Virus record (IMG/VR): IMGVR_UViG_3300027898_000007
Length of the DNA stretch: 64,000 bases
Reading direction: 5' to 3' (one strand)
Origin: a virus
Position 1 is the stretch's first letter. The number at the start of each line of letters is the position of its first letter. Made by a program: the position numbers and the translations under genes. A model generated the notes under the pieces. It was not told the origin of the DNA. It was given only the letters and a program-made list of their open reading frames with translations, and made no database searches. This document shows, one piece after another, positions 19,904-30,095 of this stretch.

Positions 19904-21690
19904 TATTGTACGAATATTGGAGTACCAGTTAAAATTAATTTTTGACCTTGAAAACTTTGATAAGGATAACTTGACCAATAGATAAATCCATTATTAGGAA
20001 CATAAGAAGCATCCCAATTCCAAATTTTTGAAAAAGATATTCCCGATGGAATAGTGTAAGTTATTGATCTCCCCACGTTAGTAAATGTAGTATTTTGACT
20101 ATTTTTAAGAGTTTGATTTCCTGCTACCAAACTTTCATCTGCATCCCCTGTACATTTAGCCCAAAGAACGTATCTTGTAACTCCTGTTGTGGAATTGGTG
20201 AATGCTCCGCCATCACAAGTTGATGGTAAGTTTAAAGCCGCTGATTTAGTAGCATCGTAATCATATCCGTAAAATAAATTAGCATGGGTAGTCATAGCTA
20301 CTCCTGATGGTTTTTTCTGAAATTGAGAATAAGATGTGTGATTAGATAAAAAGAAATATTTACCCATTGATCCGTTCGGATCTCCTGGATTATTGGCGTT
20401 ATTAGGTAAAACTACATTGTCTGTTTGTGCGTAATAATAAACCTGTCTAATTCCATTTCGTTGAGCTATTACAGCAATTTTAGTATCATAATTTCGTTCA
20501 ATTTCGTAACTACCAAATGTAGCCCATGTATTGAAAGATGTATATGAAGGTAAGTCTGTTTCCGTACATATAAAGAACTTAGCTGGATATTTAGTTCCAT
20601 CATATCCATATTGAGCTAAATATGCTTTAAATCCATTTAAAGAAGCTAAAAATATATTACAAGCATTATCTGAATTCGCTAATCTATCTGTTCGATTGGT
20701 GGTATTATTATAAGTACTCCAAGAATAACCTGGGTAATTATGAAAATCAATTGCATCAAAATAAGCTCCTCCGAAATTAGGGTATAAGGAAGATTTTGTA
20801 CCTGATCCTTTAGTAGGATCTCCTGTAAAATCAGAACCAGGGTTATCTGTATTAGTTAGTAAAAAATGTAAAAATCCAGGATAACCAATTCCACCCGTAA
20901 GTACAATACAATTTGGATAATAATGATGAGCGACTTCGTATGTTATTCGTAACATACGAATGTAAAAATATGCTGGACAATATAAATTATGCATGTCTTG
21001 AGGAGCAGGTACACCTAATGTATCAATAATACCTGTACCAGAATAATCAAATATATCCGGTTCGTTCCAAACTGAAAAATATCTTACTCCTCCTTTTGGA
21101 GTGGCTTGTTGACCATATGTGAGAACGAAATTTTTAACATATCTAACCATAGGACTAACTGTATCTGGAGAACCATCCGCGTTCCAAATATTACCGTTAT
21201 TGGTTGAATCATAAAGATTTCTAAATACTAAAGAATGATATGGTGAATGAGTATTGCCCGTGGCTACTGGATTATTATAAACTCGTTTATCTAAGTTTCC
21301 ATCTGACACAGTATTCATGAAACAAGCAATATCACTCATTCCTCCTTGATTACCATAAAATAAATAATTAGCTTTATGAATAGCCCAGTTAGGTTGACCA
21401 TTAGGTAAAGAAAATAAATAATATTGATCCTCAAAATCTCCTAATCTTTCTGATTTAGCCCCCAAGTCTCTAGCAATATGGGCTTGAATAGAATCTTGAT
21501 AATTAGGATAAAATAAGCCATGGGCTGTGAAAGCGGGATCTGATCCATCTCCATAAAATTGAGCATTAATACCGTAAGCATAATGTGATGTGGTAGCTGA
21601 AGGAATAAACGTGTTAGCTGTAAACGTAGGAGCTTGACCATTCACGTACAGTGAACAAATCAATAAAATGAACAATACTATTTTTTTCAT
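19903..21690 (-). CDS. Secreted clan GH-A glycoside hydrolase (GH39/GH5-like TIM barrel)
   Basis: Signal peptide MKKIVLFILLICSLYVNG|Q; acid/base motif WNEPD; FDAIDFHNY; nucleophile motif ICTETD. Confidence 0.75.
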   Translation of the reverse strand: MKKIVLFILLICSLYVNGQAPTFTANTFIPSATTSHYAYGINAQFYGDGSDPAFTAHGLFYPNYQDSIQAHIARDLGAKSERLGDFEDQYYLFSLPNGQPNWAIHKANYLFYGNQGGMSDIACFMNTVSDGNLDKRVYNNPVATGNTHSPYHSLVFRNLYDSTNNGNIWNADGSPDTVSPMVRYVKNFVLTYGQQATPKGGVRYFSVWNEPDIFDYSGTGIIDTLGVPAPQDMHNLYCPAYFYIRMLRITYEVAHHYYPNCIVLTGGIGYPGFLHFLLTNTDNPGSDFTGDPTKGSGTKSSLYPNFGGAYFDAIDFHNYPGYSWSTYNNTTNRTDRLANSDNACNIFLASLNGFKAYLAQYGYDGTKYPAKFFICTETDLPSYTSFNTWATFGSYEIERNYDTKIAVIAQRNGIRQVYYYAQTDNVVLPNNANNPGDPNGSMGKYFFLSNHTSYSQFQKKPSGVAMTTHANLFYGYDYDATKSAALNLPSTCDGGAFTNSTTGVTRYVLWAKCTGDADESLVAGNQTLKNSQNTTFTNVGRSITYTIPSGISFSKIWNWDASYVPNNGFIYWSSYPYQSFQGQKLILTGTPIFVQ

Positions 21691-21956
21691 TATTTTTTAT
21701 TCGTTTTAAAAGAATTATATAATTGTATTGTAGTAGCTAAAGCAGCTTCTTTCTGTTTAATGGATCTTTCTAACCCCATGTATATTTCAGGATTTTTATC
21801 TTTTAAGTGTAATTTTTGAAGTTCTTTATAATGAGTAATTAATAATTTTAACTCATGTATATTAGAGGTATCCGATTTAGAAGAACTTATAGTTTGTGCT
21901 GATAATTTAAAAACACAAACCACGAGTAACAATAAGAAACTAAATGTTTTTTTCAT
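21690..21956 (-). CDS. Small secreted protein
   Basis: Signal peptide MKKTFSFLLLLVVCVFKLSA|Q followed by a short helical body. Confidence 0.6.
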   Translation of the reverse strand: MKKTFSFLLLLVVCVFKLSAQTISSSKSDTSNIHELKLLITHYKELQKLHLKDKNPEIYMGLERSIKQKEAALATTIQLYNSFKTNKK

Positions 21957-21972
21957 TTACTTGAATGTTTAA

Positions 21973-22638
21973 TTAACCTGCTATGTATATATCCCCACGA
22001 TAAAAAGTACCTGTGGCGGGTGGAGTTGATCCGGAAGGACCTACTAAAATTTGTTGTCTGGGTCTAACAGCTATTGTGTAAGTAGACGCATCTAAAACCA
22101 TATCGTATACTCCGTTACTGTCTCCATATAAATTAGGAAGAGTTTGAAAAGTTAAACCACCAACCGTTATTGGTAAATTAGTACTAGATCCTCTATTAGT
22201 AACAATTTGTAAAGTATCGGTGTTTGGAGTAACTACTGTAGTTCCTCCACCTCCGGACGATGCAATGGTTATCCCACTTGAAGACGGAGTAATAGTGATA
22301 TTAGCCCCCGCAATAATATTTGATTGTAATATTGATATGAAAGCCCCTGTTAAAGAAAATAAAAAAGACCAAGTAGCTGTTGTGCTATTGTAAACATAAA
22401 TATTGGATGTGAGTACATCTAAATAATGAGAATACTGAGTAATGTCTACAGGTGGATATTGTGCTTGGGGTAAACCTTGACCAGGCCAAAATTTACCCCC
22501 TATACTATTAATAATAGAATTGTATAATCCGGAGTACAGCGATGTAAAATTGTTCTGTTGAGCAATTGGGCTACAACCACAGGTTGAACAACCTGAACTA
22601 TTCCAAACTGAAGTAGGATCTCCGCATATATTACACAT
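21973..22638 (-). CDS. Putative tail-fibre-associated protein with Cys-rich N-terminus
   Basis: MCNICG...CSTCGC; GQGLP...YLDVLTSNIYVY...W module also found at the tail fibre N-terminus. Confidence 0.45.
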   Translation of the reverse strand: MCNICGDPTSVWNSSGCSTCGCSPIAQQNNFTSLYSGLYNSIINSIGGKFWPGQGLPQAQYPPVDITQYSHYLDVLTSNIYVYNSTTATWSFLFSLTGAFISILQSNIIAGANITITPSSSGITIASSGGGGTTVVTPNTDTLQIVTNRGSSTNLPITVGGLTFQTLPNLYGDSNGVYDMVLDASTYTIAVRPRQQILVGPSGSTPPATGTFYRGDIYIAG

Positions 22639-22646
22639 TTATTATT

Positions 22647-23147
22647 TTATTTAGCCATAAGTACTCGTATGTTTTTAATTTCATCTAAAGTCAATACATC
22701 TTTGAAATATAATTCCGATAACTCTTTATATCGCCTATTTACCAATCCGTCAAGTATTTTACCGTTAGCTTCATCCCATTTCATCCAATTGTGAATAATG
22801 TGATCGTGATCGTTTGGATTTAGGTTAATGGTTTTTAAAACGCTTGATGTAGCAAAGCCATGCATACCTATATTATAATTTAAACAAATAACTGCGTCAT
22901 ATTGATTCTGAGTAAGTACTGACGTAATTAATTTGTTAACTGAAATTTCTCTTTTTTGAACATCTAATAAAAGATATTTTAAAGCTTGATCTTTAGTAAT
23001 TGTTTGATTTTGTGTTACAAAACGTCCATCCGGATAAATAATAGTTCCGTATCCAATGGTCCAAACACCTTTAGAATCACGATAACTTTTTTCCTCAAAT
23101 GTTTCCCATTCTCCTAATTTACTCAGCCCGTTTTGTGAAAATTTCAT
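22647..23147 (-). CDS. Endolysin, GH24 phage lysozyme
   Basis: E-x8-D-x5-T triad (ETFEEKSYRDSKGVWTIGYG), LTQNQYDA, YNIG, GLVNRR. Confidence 0.9.
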   Translation of the reverse strand: MKFSQNGLSKLGEWETFEEKSYRDSKGVWTIGYGTIIYPDGRFVTQNQTITKDQALKYLLLDVQKREISVNKLITSVLTQNQYDAVICLNYNIGMHGFATSSVLKTINLNPNDHDHIIHNWMKWDEANGKILDGLVNRRYKELSELYFKDVLTLDEIKNIRVLMAK

Positions 23148-23154
23148 ATTTTTA

Positions 23155-23553
23155 TTATTTGGTTAGAATAGGAAATAAGAAAATAATTAACATGGGGGAT
23201 AAATTCGGTAATTTCTCGATTTCAGAAAAAGAAAACGTTTGTAATCCTTCTACATCCACTAAAGCGTTATTCAAAGGATTCAATTTATTTAAAATTTCAT
23301 CTTTTTTAGTTATGGCTTCTGACGATCCGTTTTCTACCTCTTTTTCTAACTGAGCTAATTCGGCTTCTGACCCGACTTGATCATTTTTTGTTATTAAATA
23401 GTTTTTTATCGATTTTTCTAAAACCAATAAATTTTGAACTATTTTAATTGAAGTAGCGGTTTCGTATGTGTTTCTATCTTCAGCGGGAACACTATTTTGA
23501 AGAATAACTAATCCTTCACTTAAATTTAAAATTTGCAAATTGGTCAATTCCAT
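23155..23553 (-). CDS. Hypothetical protein, possible fibre assembly chaperone
   Basis: 132 aa helical acidic ORF directly after the tail fibre gene. Confidence 0.35.
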   Translation of the reverse strand: MELTNLQILNLSEGLVILQNSVPAEDRNTYETATSIKIVQNLLVLEKSIKNYLITKNDQVGSEAELAQLEKEVENGSSEAITKKDEILNKLNPLNNALVDVEGLQTFSFSEIEKLPNLSPMLIIFLFPILTK

Positions 23554-23583
23554 GGGTTATTTTGTTTTTTTTTATTTAAAATT

Positions 23584-23591
23584 CAAATATA
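23584..23591 (-). promoter_or_regulatory. Bacteroidetes -7 element TATATTTG
   Basis: Exact TAnnTTTG upstream of 23553. Confidence 0.55.
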
Positions 23592-23638
23592 TCGAATTAA
23601 ATTGAAATATTAAAATTTAATTTGATATATTTTTACAA

Positions 23639-26600
23639 TTAGAAACTAGATAATATATACCATACTGTATTTGTTGGATCCCAAACAATACATAACCTGG
23701 ATCCTCCTGATGACAAAGTATTCAATACCGTAGTTGATCCGGATTGCCCGGTAAAATATTGTTCTATTGATCCAGATGCTGGAGTTAATGTGATCGTTCC
23801 TGTATTTGTCGTAGCCGTTCCTCTGTGAATGTATATTCGTTGAGGATAACTAGGAGTTGTTAAATTGATAGTGATAGCGGTTGACCCATTATTACAAATG
23901 ATCACTTCGTCTGACGTGGATGTGGTATAGTTAGACGTTCCTGTAAACGTCATGTTCATACCTTGACCTTTGGTGATAACTGATCCGTTAAACGTTCCTG
24001 TTTGATATACCATTTGACCAGTACCTAAAGTAGCGGCTGTGGTAGAACCTACTTTAGAAAGTACAATAGCATTAATAGGCATTGTAGCATTACCTAACGT
24101 ACTACCTCCATTAATCCAAATAATACCTGTTCCGTCTGGACTTATATTATTAAAATATAAAACCTGGGAAGTGTTGTTATAATACGTTACGTTTTGATCA
24201 TTATTTAATCCATTTACGGAAAAAGCAACTACTGTGTTTGTACCTTGTTTATATACAGAAGAACTAAATATTTCAAGATTGTATGTACCTGTGGTATCTA
24301 ATCCTGAAAATTGTAATAAAGCCCCTGTTTTAGTTTTAACATATGCCCCTGCGGCTACGTATGATTCAAAACCTGAATTCATAACCGTTGCGGGAATAAT
24401 AGAATTTCCCCAGGTAGTTGTGTTTAATGTGTTATAAGCTGATAATGAACCTGAAAAAGATGTCCAGTTTGCCGTAGCTACTGTACTTATTGTAACTCCG
24501 TTACTTAATGCTTTTGTTACAACTCCTGTACTCGGATTACCCGAAACATCTTGCCATCCAGCAATACTTTGAGCATTAGCGTTAAAATTTATATTCTGAG
24601 TCCAGGCTGTTTGATTACCTATGTTCTGTAATGGTTCTAAATAATATAGTGTGCCATCATAAGTAATTCTAAATAAATCAGTAGCGTTAGAACTAAGGGT
24701 GGGAGGTACAGAACCTACGAATGCATAATTAGCCCAAGTTATTACATAAGTTCCTAAATTTGTTAGTCGTAAATATCGAACTTGACCCGGTTCCATACCC
24801 ACCGGATATCCTATAGTTACGTTAGATGATACTTTGTATGTAAGTTGAGAAGTTGATGTAAAATTAGGATTGATGGTTGAACTAAACGGATATTCTGTAA
24901 GAACTGGTTTTAAATCATCTACTTTACTACTAGCGTTATTAAATAAATGATTTGATATGTATAAGTTACCTGTTAATATTCTCGAACCTGATGATTGAAA
25001 ACCAAATGTTTGAAAAGCCGTTATCATGGTTTGAGCCATCAAAATATGACCTTCTAAGCTAGGGTGAATATTATTACCATTAGACGAATATGCTACGTTA
25101 AATGTTCCTGTACCCGGCATAGCAAGTGGAGTCCATAAATCAATTACATACCCATCATTAGCATATGTATTAATTAATGTGTTATACGATATAATAACCG
25201 CGTTATATGTTAAATCGGGTATGATAGTAGTTAAAATTGGAATGATATTATTATTCAAACAATAACTAATAAATTGTTTTAAATAGTTGGTGAAGTTAGT
25301 TAATCCTTGAGCTGAGTCATTTTTACCCATACTCATAATAGCATAAGTGGGTTTTAAAACACCCATTTGAGTAGTATAATTTGTAATATCTGATATACTA
25401 CCACCAGATTGAGCTAATTGAACGTATCGTTTACCTAAGTTAAATGAGTTAGCCGCTATACGACCATACGCGTTATTAGGATCAGCTGCTGTAGGTACAT
25501 CTAATGTGGTATTAGCAATGGTACAATTATACCCCTGGGTTATACTGTCCCCAATATGAACAATATATGGGTTCAATTGAGTATTGACCATATAGACAAT
25601 ATTTTGATACAAATACGACCCCCCTACCGTACAAATACCTACCCATGTGGGATATGATCCTCCAAAAGAATAAGCCGTTGTAGATAATGCTTGGACGTAT
25701 TTAATGGATGCTGTTCCTGGAGTAGTTGTATTTGTTACAGTAAACGAATATGTAGCGTTATCTCGAACCACACTTAAATTTAAAACATCCCCCGCATTAA
25801 TTGTCAAGGCGTTCACAGAAGTAGCTACTACGTGAGCTGAAGCTACAATAGTCAAAATACCCGTAGAGGTATTAACAACGAATTCTCCGTAAGCCGTTGT
25901 ATTTCCGTAAAATATAGCGGCTCCGCTTCCAACAGTATTTACTTTAACCGTGGATGTTATTTGACATTCTGCGAAATATAAATTCTGAGCGTAATAATAC
26001 ACGTCCGTATATCCATTACTTGACCCGGTAGAAGAAATTCCAGAAGCCGCTGTGTAAGTATACGTTGTTCCACTTGGTGCGTATGTAGTGTAAGAAGTGT
26101 AAGATGTGGTTCCAGAATTCGTATTAAAGTATGAACTTTGATAAATACCAATAGCTCCCGTACCGTTAAAAGGAGTATATCCTAAAGCCGTAATAATATC
26201 CGAAGAACCTACACCAAAACTAGATACTACTCGTCCGTATCCATCAACTGCAAATTTAGAAAAACTAGTTCCGGTAGCGGCTTGAGTGATCGGTTTTAAA
26301 GTAGTTGTTATATTAGTAGTTCCCGAACCCGTTATATCTCCTGTAAGAGTAATGTTTTGATTTCCTGTTAAATATGTACCGTTTAACAATGGAGTTAAAT
26401 CTGAAGTAGTTACGGCTGTATTATTAATAACACGTCCTTTTGTATCTAAGCCAAGTTTAACAAAAGATGTTCCGGAAGATCCTTGGGTAATAGTCGCTAA
26501 TGTTAAAGTGGGAGTTAAAGAAGTAGTTCCTGATGATGATCCGGTAACATCTCCTGTACCTACTGGAGCAAAAGATATAGATTGATTAGCCGTTAAATAA

Positions 26601-28228
26601 GACACATTAGATCCTGCCGTCACCAATCCTTTAGCGTTAACCGTAACATTATTCCAAGTACCAACATTAGCATTTACCACAGGTAATGTTAATGCAATGC
26701 TCGTTGTTCCTGATCCGGAAATATCTCCACTAATGGTAATGCTTTGGTTAGCTGTTAAATAAGATGTATTAGATGCTGCTGTTACCAAGCCTTTAGCGTT
26801 TACGGTGACTGTATTAAAAGTACCTACGTTAGAATTGACAGTAGCTAGTGTTAAATTAGGACTCAATGTCGTAGTCCCACTAGCCGTTCCTGTTAAATCT
26901 CCACTTACTGTAAAAGTTATAGATTGATTACCAGTAAGATAAGAAACGTTAGAAGCTGATGTAACTAATCCTTTTGCATTTACGGTTACGTTGTTCCAAG
27001 TACCCACATTACTATTAACACTAGCTAATGTTAAAGATAACGTAGTAGTTCCTGATCCAGAAGCATCACCTGAAATAGTAATATTTTGATTACTTGTTAA
27101 ATAACTTCCTATTGGTTGGTAAGTAGTACTTGCGGTAGCTGTGGTTAAATACGGGCTTAAAGCACTAGAAGTAATATAATTATTAGGGTTAGTAGAGTTA
27201 TAAGGAACAAACCCTAAAGCACCTGTTACAGCTGTTGAAGTAACAGAAGTTAAATAGTTAGGTAATGTAACATTAACCCATTTAGTGCCGTTATATTGTA
27301 AATATTGAGAACTGGTTAATCCAGATAAACTAACATCGGTAAGAGCAGATAATGTAGTTGATCCTCCACCACCTCCTCCAGAAGCAGCCGCTACGTTGAC
27401 CCATTTGCTTCCATTATATTGCAAAATTTGACCACTTGATAATCCTGTTAATTGAACATCCGTGTGATTAGCAAAAGTGACTGATGTTAAATATGTATTG
27501 GTATTAAACGATCCGTCCTGCATTAAAAACGTGTTTGGACTTCCTCCAGGAACAATAAATTTAGGAGCGGTAATACCGTTTGTAAAAACTGGATTTCCTA
27601 AATAATCAATAGCTAAATAAGTAGTTCCTTTGATTCCTGAAAATCCTTTTGTTCCACCAATTCCTAAAATATATCGATTATTTGTATCTATTCCTTGAGT
27701 CCAAATAGATTGACCTACTCTAGTGAATGCTAAATAATTGTAATTATTGCCGTCTGTAGGATTGATTACGGATAATGTACCGTATGGATCATGAGCTGAT
27801 GAATTTCCCGCTATCGATAATCCTTGAAATAAATACTGAGACGTACCGTTAATAGGGCCACCCATGGTTAACGATCCTCCGATTACTCCGTTTCCGTCAA
27901 TATTAAAATTAGCTCCTGATTGAACTAAAGTACCGTTTAAAATAGCACTTCCTGAACTGATGGTTCCTGATGAAAAATTAATATGACTCAAAGGACTTCC
28001 CCATCCACCATTAATAAAATTATAAATGTTCCCCGTGGAATAATCTACATACCATTTATAAATATCCGTATCTAAAGCGGTTAATGTGGGATTAGCGGTA
28101 GGCACTCCCGTTCCCCAAAAAGTAGCATTTCCTAATACGGCAACTAAATTTTGCCATAAATTATATACGTCTACTTTTGAATAAACTGAATATTTAGGTA
28201 CACATGCTTGATAGGGATTTTGCGCCAT
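23639..28228 (-). CDS. Tail fibre/spike (1529 aa) with stalk repeats and an SGNH/GDSL esterase domain
   Basis: S/T/G-rich; SGNH blocks HIGDSITQG, QSGG, MGKND, NIHPS; LQYNGxKWVNV repeats. Confidence 0.8.
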   Translation of the reverse strand: MAQNPYQACVPKYSVYSKVDVYNLWQNLVAVLGNATFWGTGVPTANPTLTALDTDIYKWYVDYSTGNIYNFINGGWGSPLSHINFSSGTISSGSAILNGTLVQSGANFNIDGNGVIGGSLTMGGPINGTSQYLFQGLSIAGNSSAHDPYGTLSVINPTDGNNYNYLAFTRVGQSIWTQGIDTNNRYILGIGGTKGFSGIKGTTYLAIDYLGNPVFTNGITAPKFIVPGGSPNTFLMQDGSFNTNTYLTSVTFANHTDVQLTGLSSGQILQYNGSKWVNVAAASGGGGGGSTTLSALTDVSLSGLTSSQYLQYNGTKWVNVTLPNYLTSVTSTAVTGALGFVPYNSTNPNNYITSSALSPYLTTATASTTYQPIGSYLTSNQNITISGDASGSGTTTLSLTLASVNSNVGTWNNVTVNAKGLVTSASNVSYLTGNQSITFTVSGDLTGTASGTTTLSPNLTLATVNSNVGTFNTVTVNAKGLVTAASNTSYLTANQSITISGDISGSGTTSIALTLPVVNANVGTWNNVTVNAKGLVTAGSNVSYLTANQSISFAPVGTGDVTGSSSGTTSLTPTLTLATITQGSSGTSFVKLGLDTKGRVINNTAVTTSDLTPLLNGTYLTGNQNITLTGDITGSGTTNITTTLKPITQAATGTSFSKFAVDGYGRVVSSFGVGSSDIITALGYTPFNGTGAIGIYQSSYFNTNSGTTSYTSYTTYAPSGTTYTYTAASGISSTGSSNGYTDVYYYAQNLYFAECQITSTVKVNTVGSGAAIFYGNTTAYGEFVVNTSTGILTIVASAHVVATSVNALTINAGDVLNLSVVRDNATYSFTVTNTTTPGTASIKYVQALSTTAYSFGGSYPTWVGICTVGGSYLYQNIVYMVNTQLNPYIVHIGDSITQGYNCTIANTTLDVPTAADPNNAYGRIAANSFNLGKRYVQLAQSGGSISDITNYTTQMGVLKPTYAIMSMGKNDSAQGLTNFTNYLKQFISYCLNNNIIPILTTIIPDLTYNAVIISYNTLINTYANDGYVIDLWTPLAMPGTGTFNVAYSSNGNNIHPSLEGHILMAQTMITAFQTFGFQSSGSRILTGNLYISNHLFNNASSKVDDLKPVLTEYPFSSTINPNFTSTSQLTYKVSSNVTIGYPVGMEPGQVRYLRLTNLGTYVITWANYAFVGSVPPTLSSNATDLFRITYDGTLYYLEPLQNIGNQTAWTQNINFNANAQSIAGWQDVSGNPSTGVVTKALSNGVTISTVATANWTSFSGSLSAYNTLNTTTWGNSIIPATVMNSGFESYVAAGAYVKTKTGALLQFSGLDTTGTYNLEIFSSSVYKQGTNTVVAFSVNGLNNDQNVTYYNNTSQVLYFNNISPDGTGIIWINGGSTLGNATMPINAIVLSKVGSTTAATLGTGQMVYQTGTFNGSVITKGQGMNMTFTGTSNYTTSTSDEVIICNNGSTAITINLTTPSYPQRIYIHRGTATTNTGTITLTPASGSIEQYFTGQSGSTTVLNTLSSGGSRLCIVWDPTNTVWYILSSF
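26195..27103 (-). repeat. Five ~55-65 aa tail-fibre repeats
   Basis: YLTxNQxITxxGDxxGSGTT...LTL...VTVNAKGLVT, three close copies and two diverged copies. Confidence 0.8.
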
Positions 28229-28255
28229 TCATAGGAATAGGAAAAAAGTTTAGAT

Positions 28256-28289
28256 AAAAAAATAGCCACCTTACAAAGGTAGCTATTTT
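28256..28289 (-). terminator. Intrinsic terminator after the capsid operon
   Basis: Minus strand reads ATAGCTACCTT-TGT-AAGGTGGCTAT followed by a T run. Confidence 0.75.
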
Positions 28290-28311
28290 ATTTTAAATAT
28301 TAAAATTTAGT

Positions 28312-29319
28312 TTATACTAAATCAGAATAAACTGGTCCAATGGTCGGTACTCCAAAGAAACTATCAAAAGCTAATTTAGTAGCACTCGCTGTGGTTGGGA
28401 AGGCAATGATATACGTGATTGGAGAAGAATATCTGGAAAAAACTACTTCTTGACCATTTCCATGGGTAGCTGCTAACTCAATTATCCGTACATCATAAGT
28501 TGTACCTGAAGTGGTGTAATATACTCCTGGATCTTGAGGGAAAGAAGTAAAGTTACTAGCTCCTTGGTAAGCTTGTTGTAATCTTTCCAAAGTATACATT
28601 TGACGATAAGTTCCTTCACCATAACCAATAGCTGTTGCTACTACTGGAGTTGCTCCATAAATAGAATAATAGTTATTGTATCCGGTGTTGTTATAACTAG
28701 ACTGGGTTACTTTTGATTCTACTACGAAATTAATCTGATCTTTAAATTCTGAAGTATTATATCTCGTTGATAAAGCTGAGGTATCTTTAGCCGTTAAAGT
28801 AATAACTGGGCTTGCGTATGAAGCTGTGACTGGAGCATTTTTGTCATTATTTACAGCCAATACTAAAGCTGCGTTAACCGTATCTAAAGTATCAGATGGT
28901 CCAGCCACATAAGTATATTGTTTACGAGCTTGACGATTTTGTAAAATTTCGTGATCTGAAATTTCATTAATAATCAAAGTATATTCGTAGTTAGCGGTAA
29001 CGGTGAAACCAGTATAATTAATGGTCATTACTTTTTGCACCTCAGCTACGTAATCTTGTTTACCATATTTGGTGATATCTTTAGGAGAAAATAATGGAGT
29101 TTTTTGAACTACATAATTTCCAGCTCCACCAATAACAATAGAGACTTTATCTCCCGTTAAATGGTAGTTATAAATATCAGTTGGGGTTGCTAGAGAACCA
29201 TCTCTTTTTACGATGATTACTTCTCCATTTGCTACGTTTCCGATTCCGGAAGCGACTCCTGAAGCTGCTGTTCCAGCAACTAGGACGTTAAATACTCGGT
29301 TGGTTGAATAACTTGCCAT
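28312..29319 (-). CDS. Auxiliary capsid protein (crAss gene 73-like)
   Basis: Position after ring gene in the MCP operon; beta-rich; GEGTYRQMYTLE motif. Confidence 0.6.
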   Translation of the reverse strand: MASYSTNRVFNVLVAGTAASGVASGIGNVANGEVIIVKRDGSLATPTDIYNYHLTGDKVSIVIGGAGNYVVQKTPLFSPKDITKYGKQDYVAEVQKVMTINYTGFTVTANYEYTLIINEISDHEILQNRQARKQYTYVAGPSDTLDTVNAALVLAVNNDKNAPVTASYASPVITLTAKDTSALSTRYNTSEFKDQINFVVESKVTQSSYNNTGYNNYYSIYGATPVVATAIGYGEGTYRQMYTLERLQQAYQGASNFTSFPQDPGVYYTTSGTTYDVRIIELAATHGNGQEVVFSRYSSPITYIIAFPTTASATKLAFDSFFGVPTIGPVYSDLV

Positions 29320-29380
29320 TCATGATTGGGGGTTTTAATTTTAATTTAAGTTTCTATCTAGTTTTATTTGAGGTAATATT

Positions 29381-30088
29381 TTATTCGTTTTCTGATCTGG
29401 ATAAAGCAGGTTGAGTTTGTACTCTTGGAGATTCTATGTTTTCAAGTATCATAGATACTGTTGAATCAATAATCTCATCATGTAATTCTACTGACAAGTC
29501 ACAATTCACATCCACCCCTTGACTTACATATTGTGAGCCTAGTGCTACAGTAGTGGGTTGTCGAACATAATAAGGAATGACTCCTAATATGGTAAAACTT
29601 CCATCGGTGGGAAAATAAATTTTATTTCCTACGATATAGTAAGTGGGTATTTGATTGTAAGATCGATTAAACGGATCTTCTTGAATCGTACTTACTGTAT
29701 CTTGTCGAACTTGGGATCCTGGATTTAATTCCGGAGCGCAATTTCCCACTTGTGTTTGTATATCCAATCGAACTAAAAACCAATAATCTGAGGGTAATGT
29801 ATACGTATATGTCAAATTATCAGGTAGTAAACTTACCGATTGAATACTAGGATTACCACTACCATCGGCTGTAAATTTTGTTACTAACCTAAGATCATCC
29901 GTTCTTTTTTGTGTTTGTTCAAACCCCGTCCGGGCTAGATTATTTCCTGAATACTTTGTTTTGACCAATCGAGTAATGGCTTTGTTTAACCAGTAATCGA
30001 TTTGCTCAGGTTGCATGTATGCGAAACTGTAATCCTGGGTTTTATCTAATTCCAGATTCACCGCATTATGCATATCCAATATGGTCAT
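29381..30088 (-). CDS. Ring/adaptor protein (crAss gene 74-like)
   Basis: EQIDYWLNKA, GFEQTQKRTDDLR, YYVRQP, LHDEIIDSTV. Confidence 0.75.
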   Translation of the reverse strand: MTILDMHNAVNLELDKTQDYSFAYMQPEQIDYWLNKAITRLVKTKYSGNNLARTGFEQTQKRTDDLRLVTKFTADGSGNPSIQSVSLLPDNLTYTYTLPSDYWFLVRLDIQTQVGNCAPELNPGSQVRQDTVSTIQEDPFNRSYNQIPTYYIVGNKIYFPTDGSFTILGVIPYYVRQPTTVALGSQYVSQGVDVNCDLSVELHDEIIDSTVSMILENIESPRVQTQPALSRSENE

Positions 30089-30095
30089 TCACACA

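Noticed and set aside
16856-19978. Track start at 19978 for the adhesin, and similarly 53286 for polB and 63045 for the IS passenger
   Set aside because: These extensions overlap neighbouring genes; ATGs at 19903, 53346 and 62853 fit coupling and domain starts better
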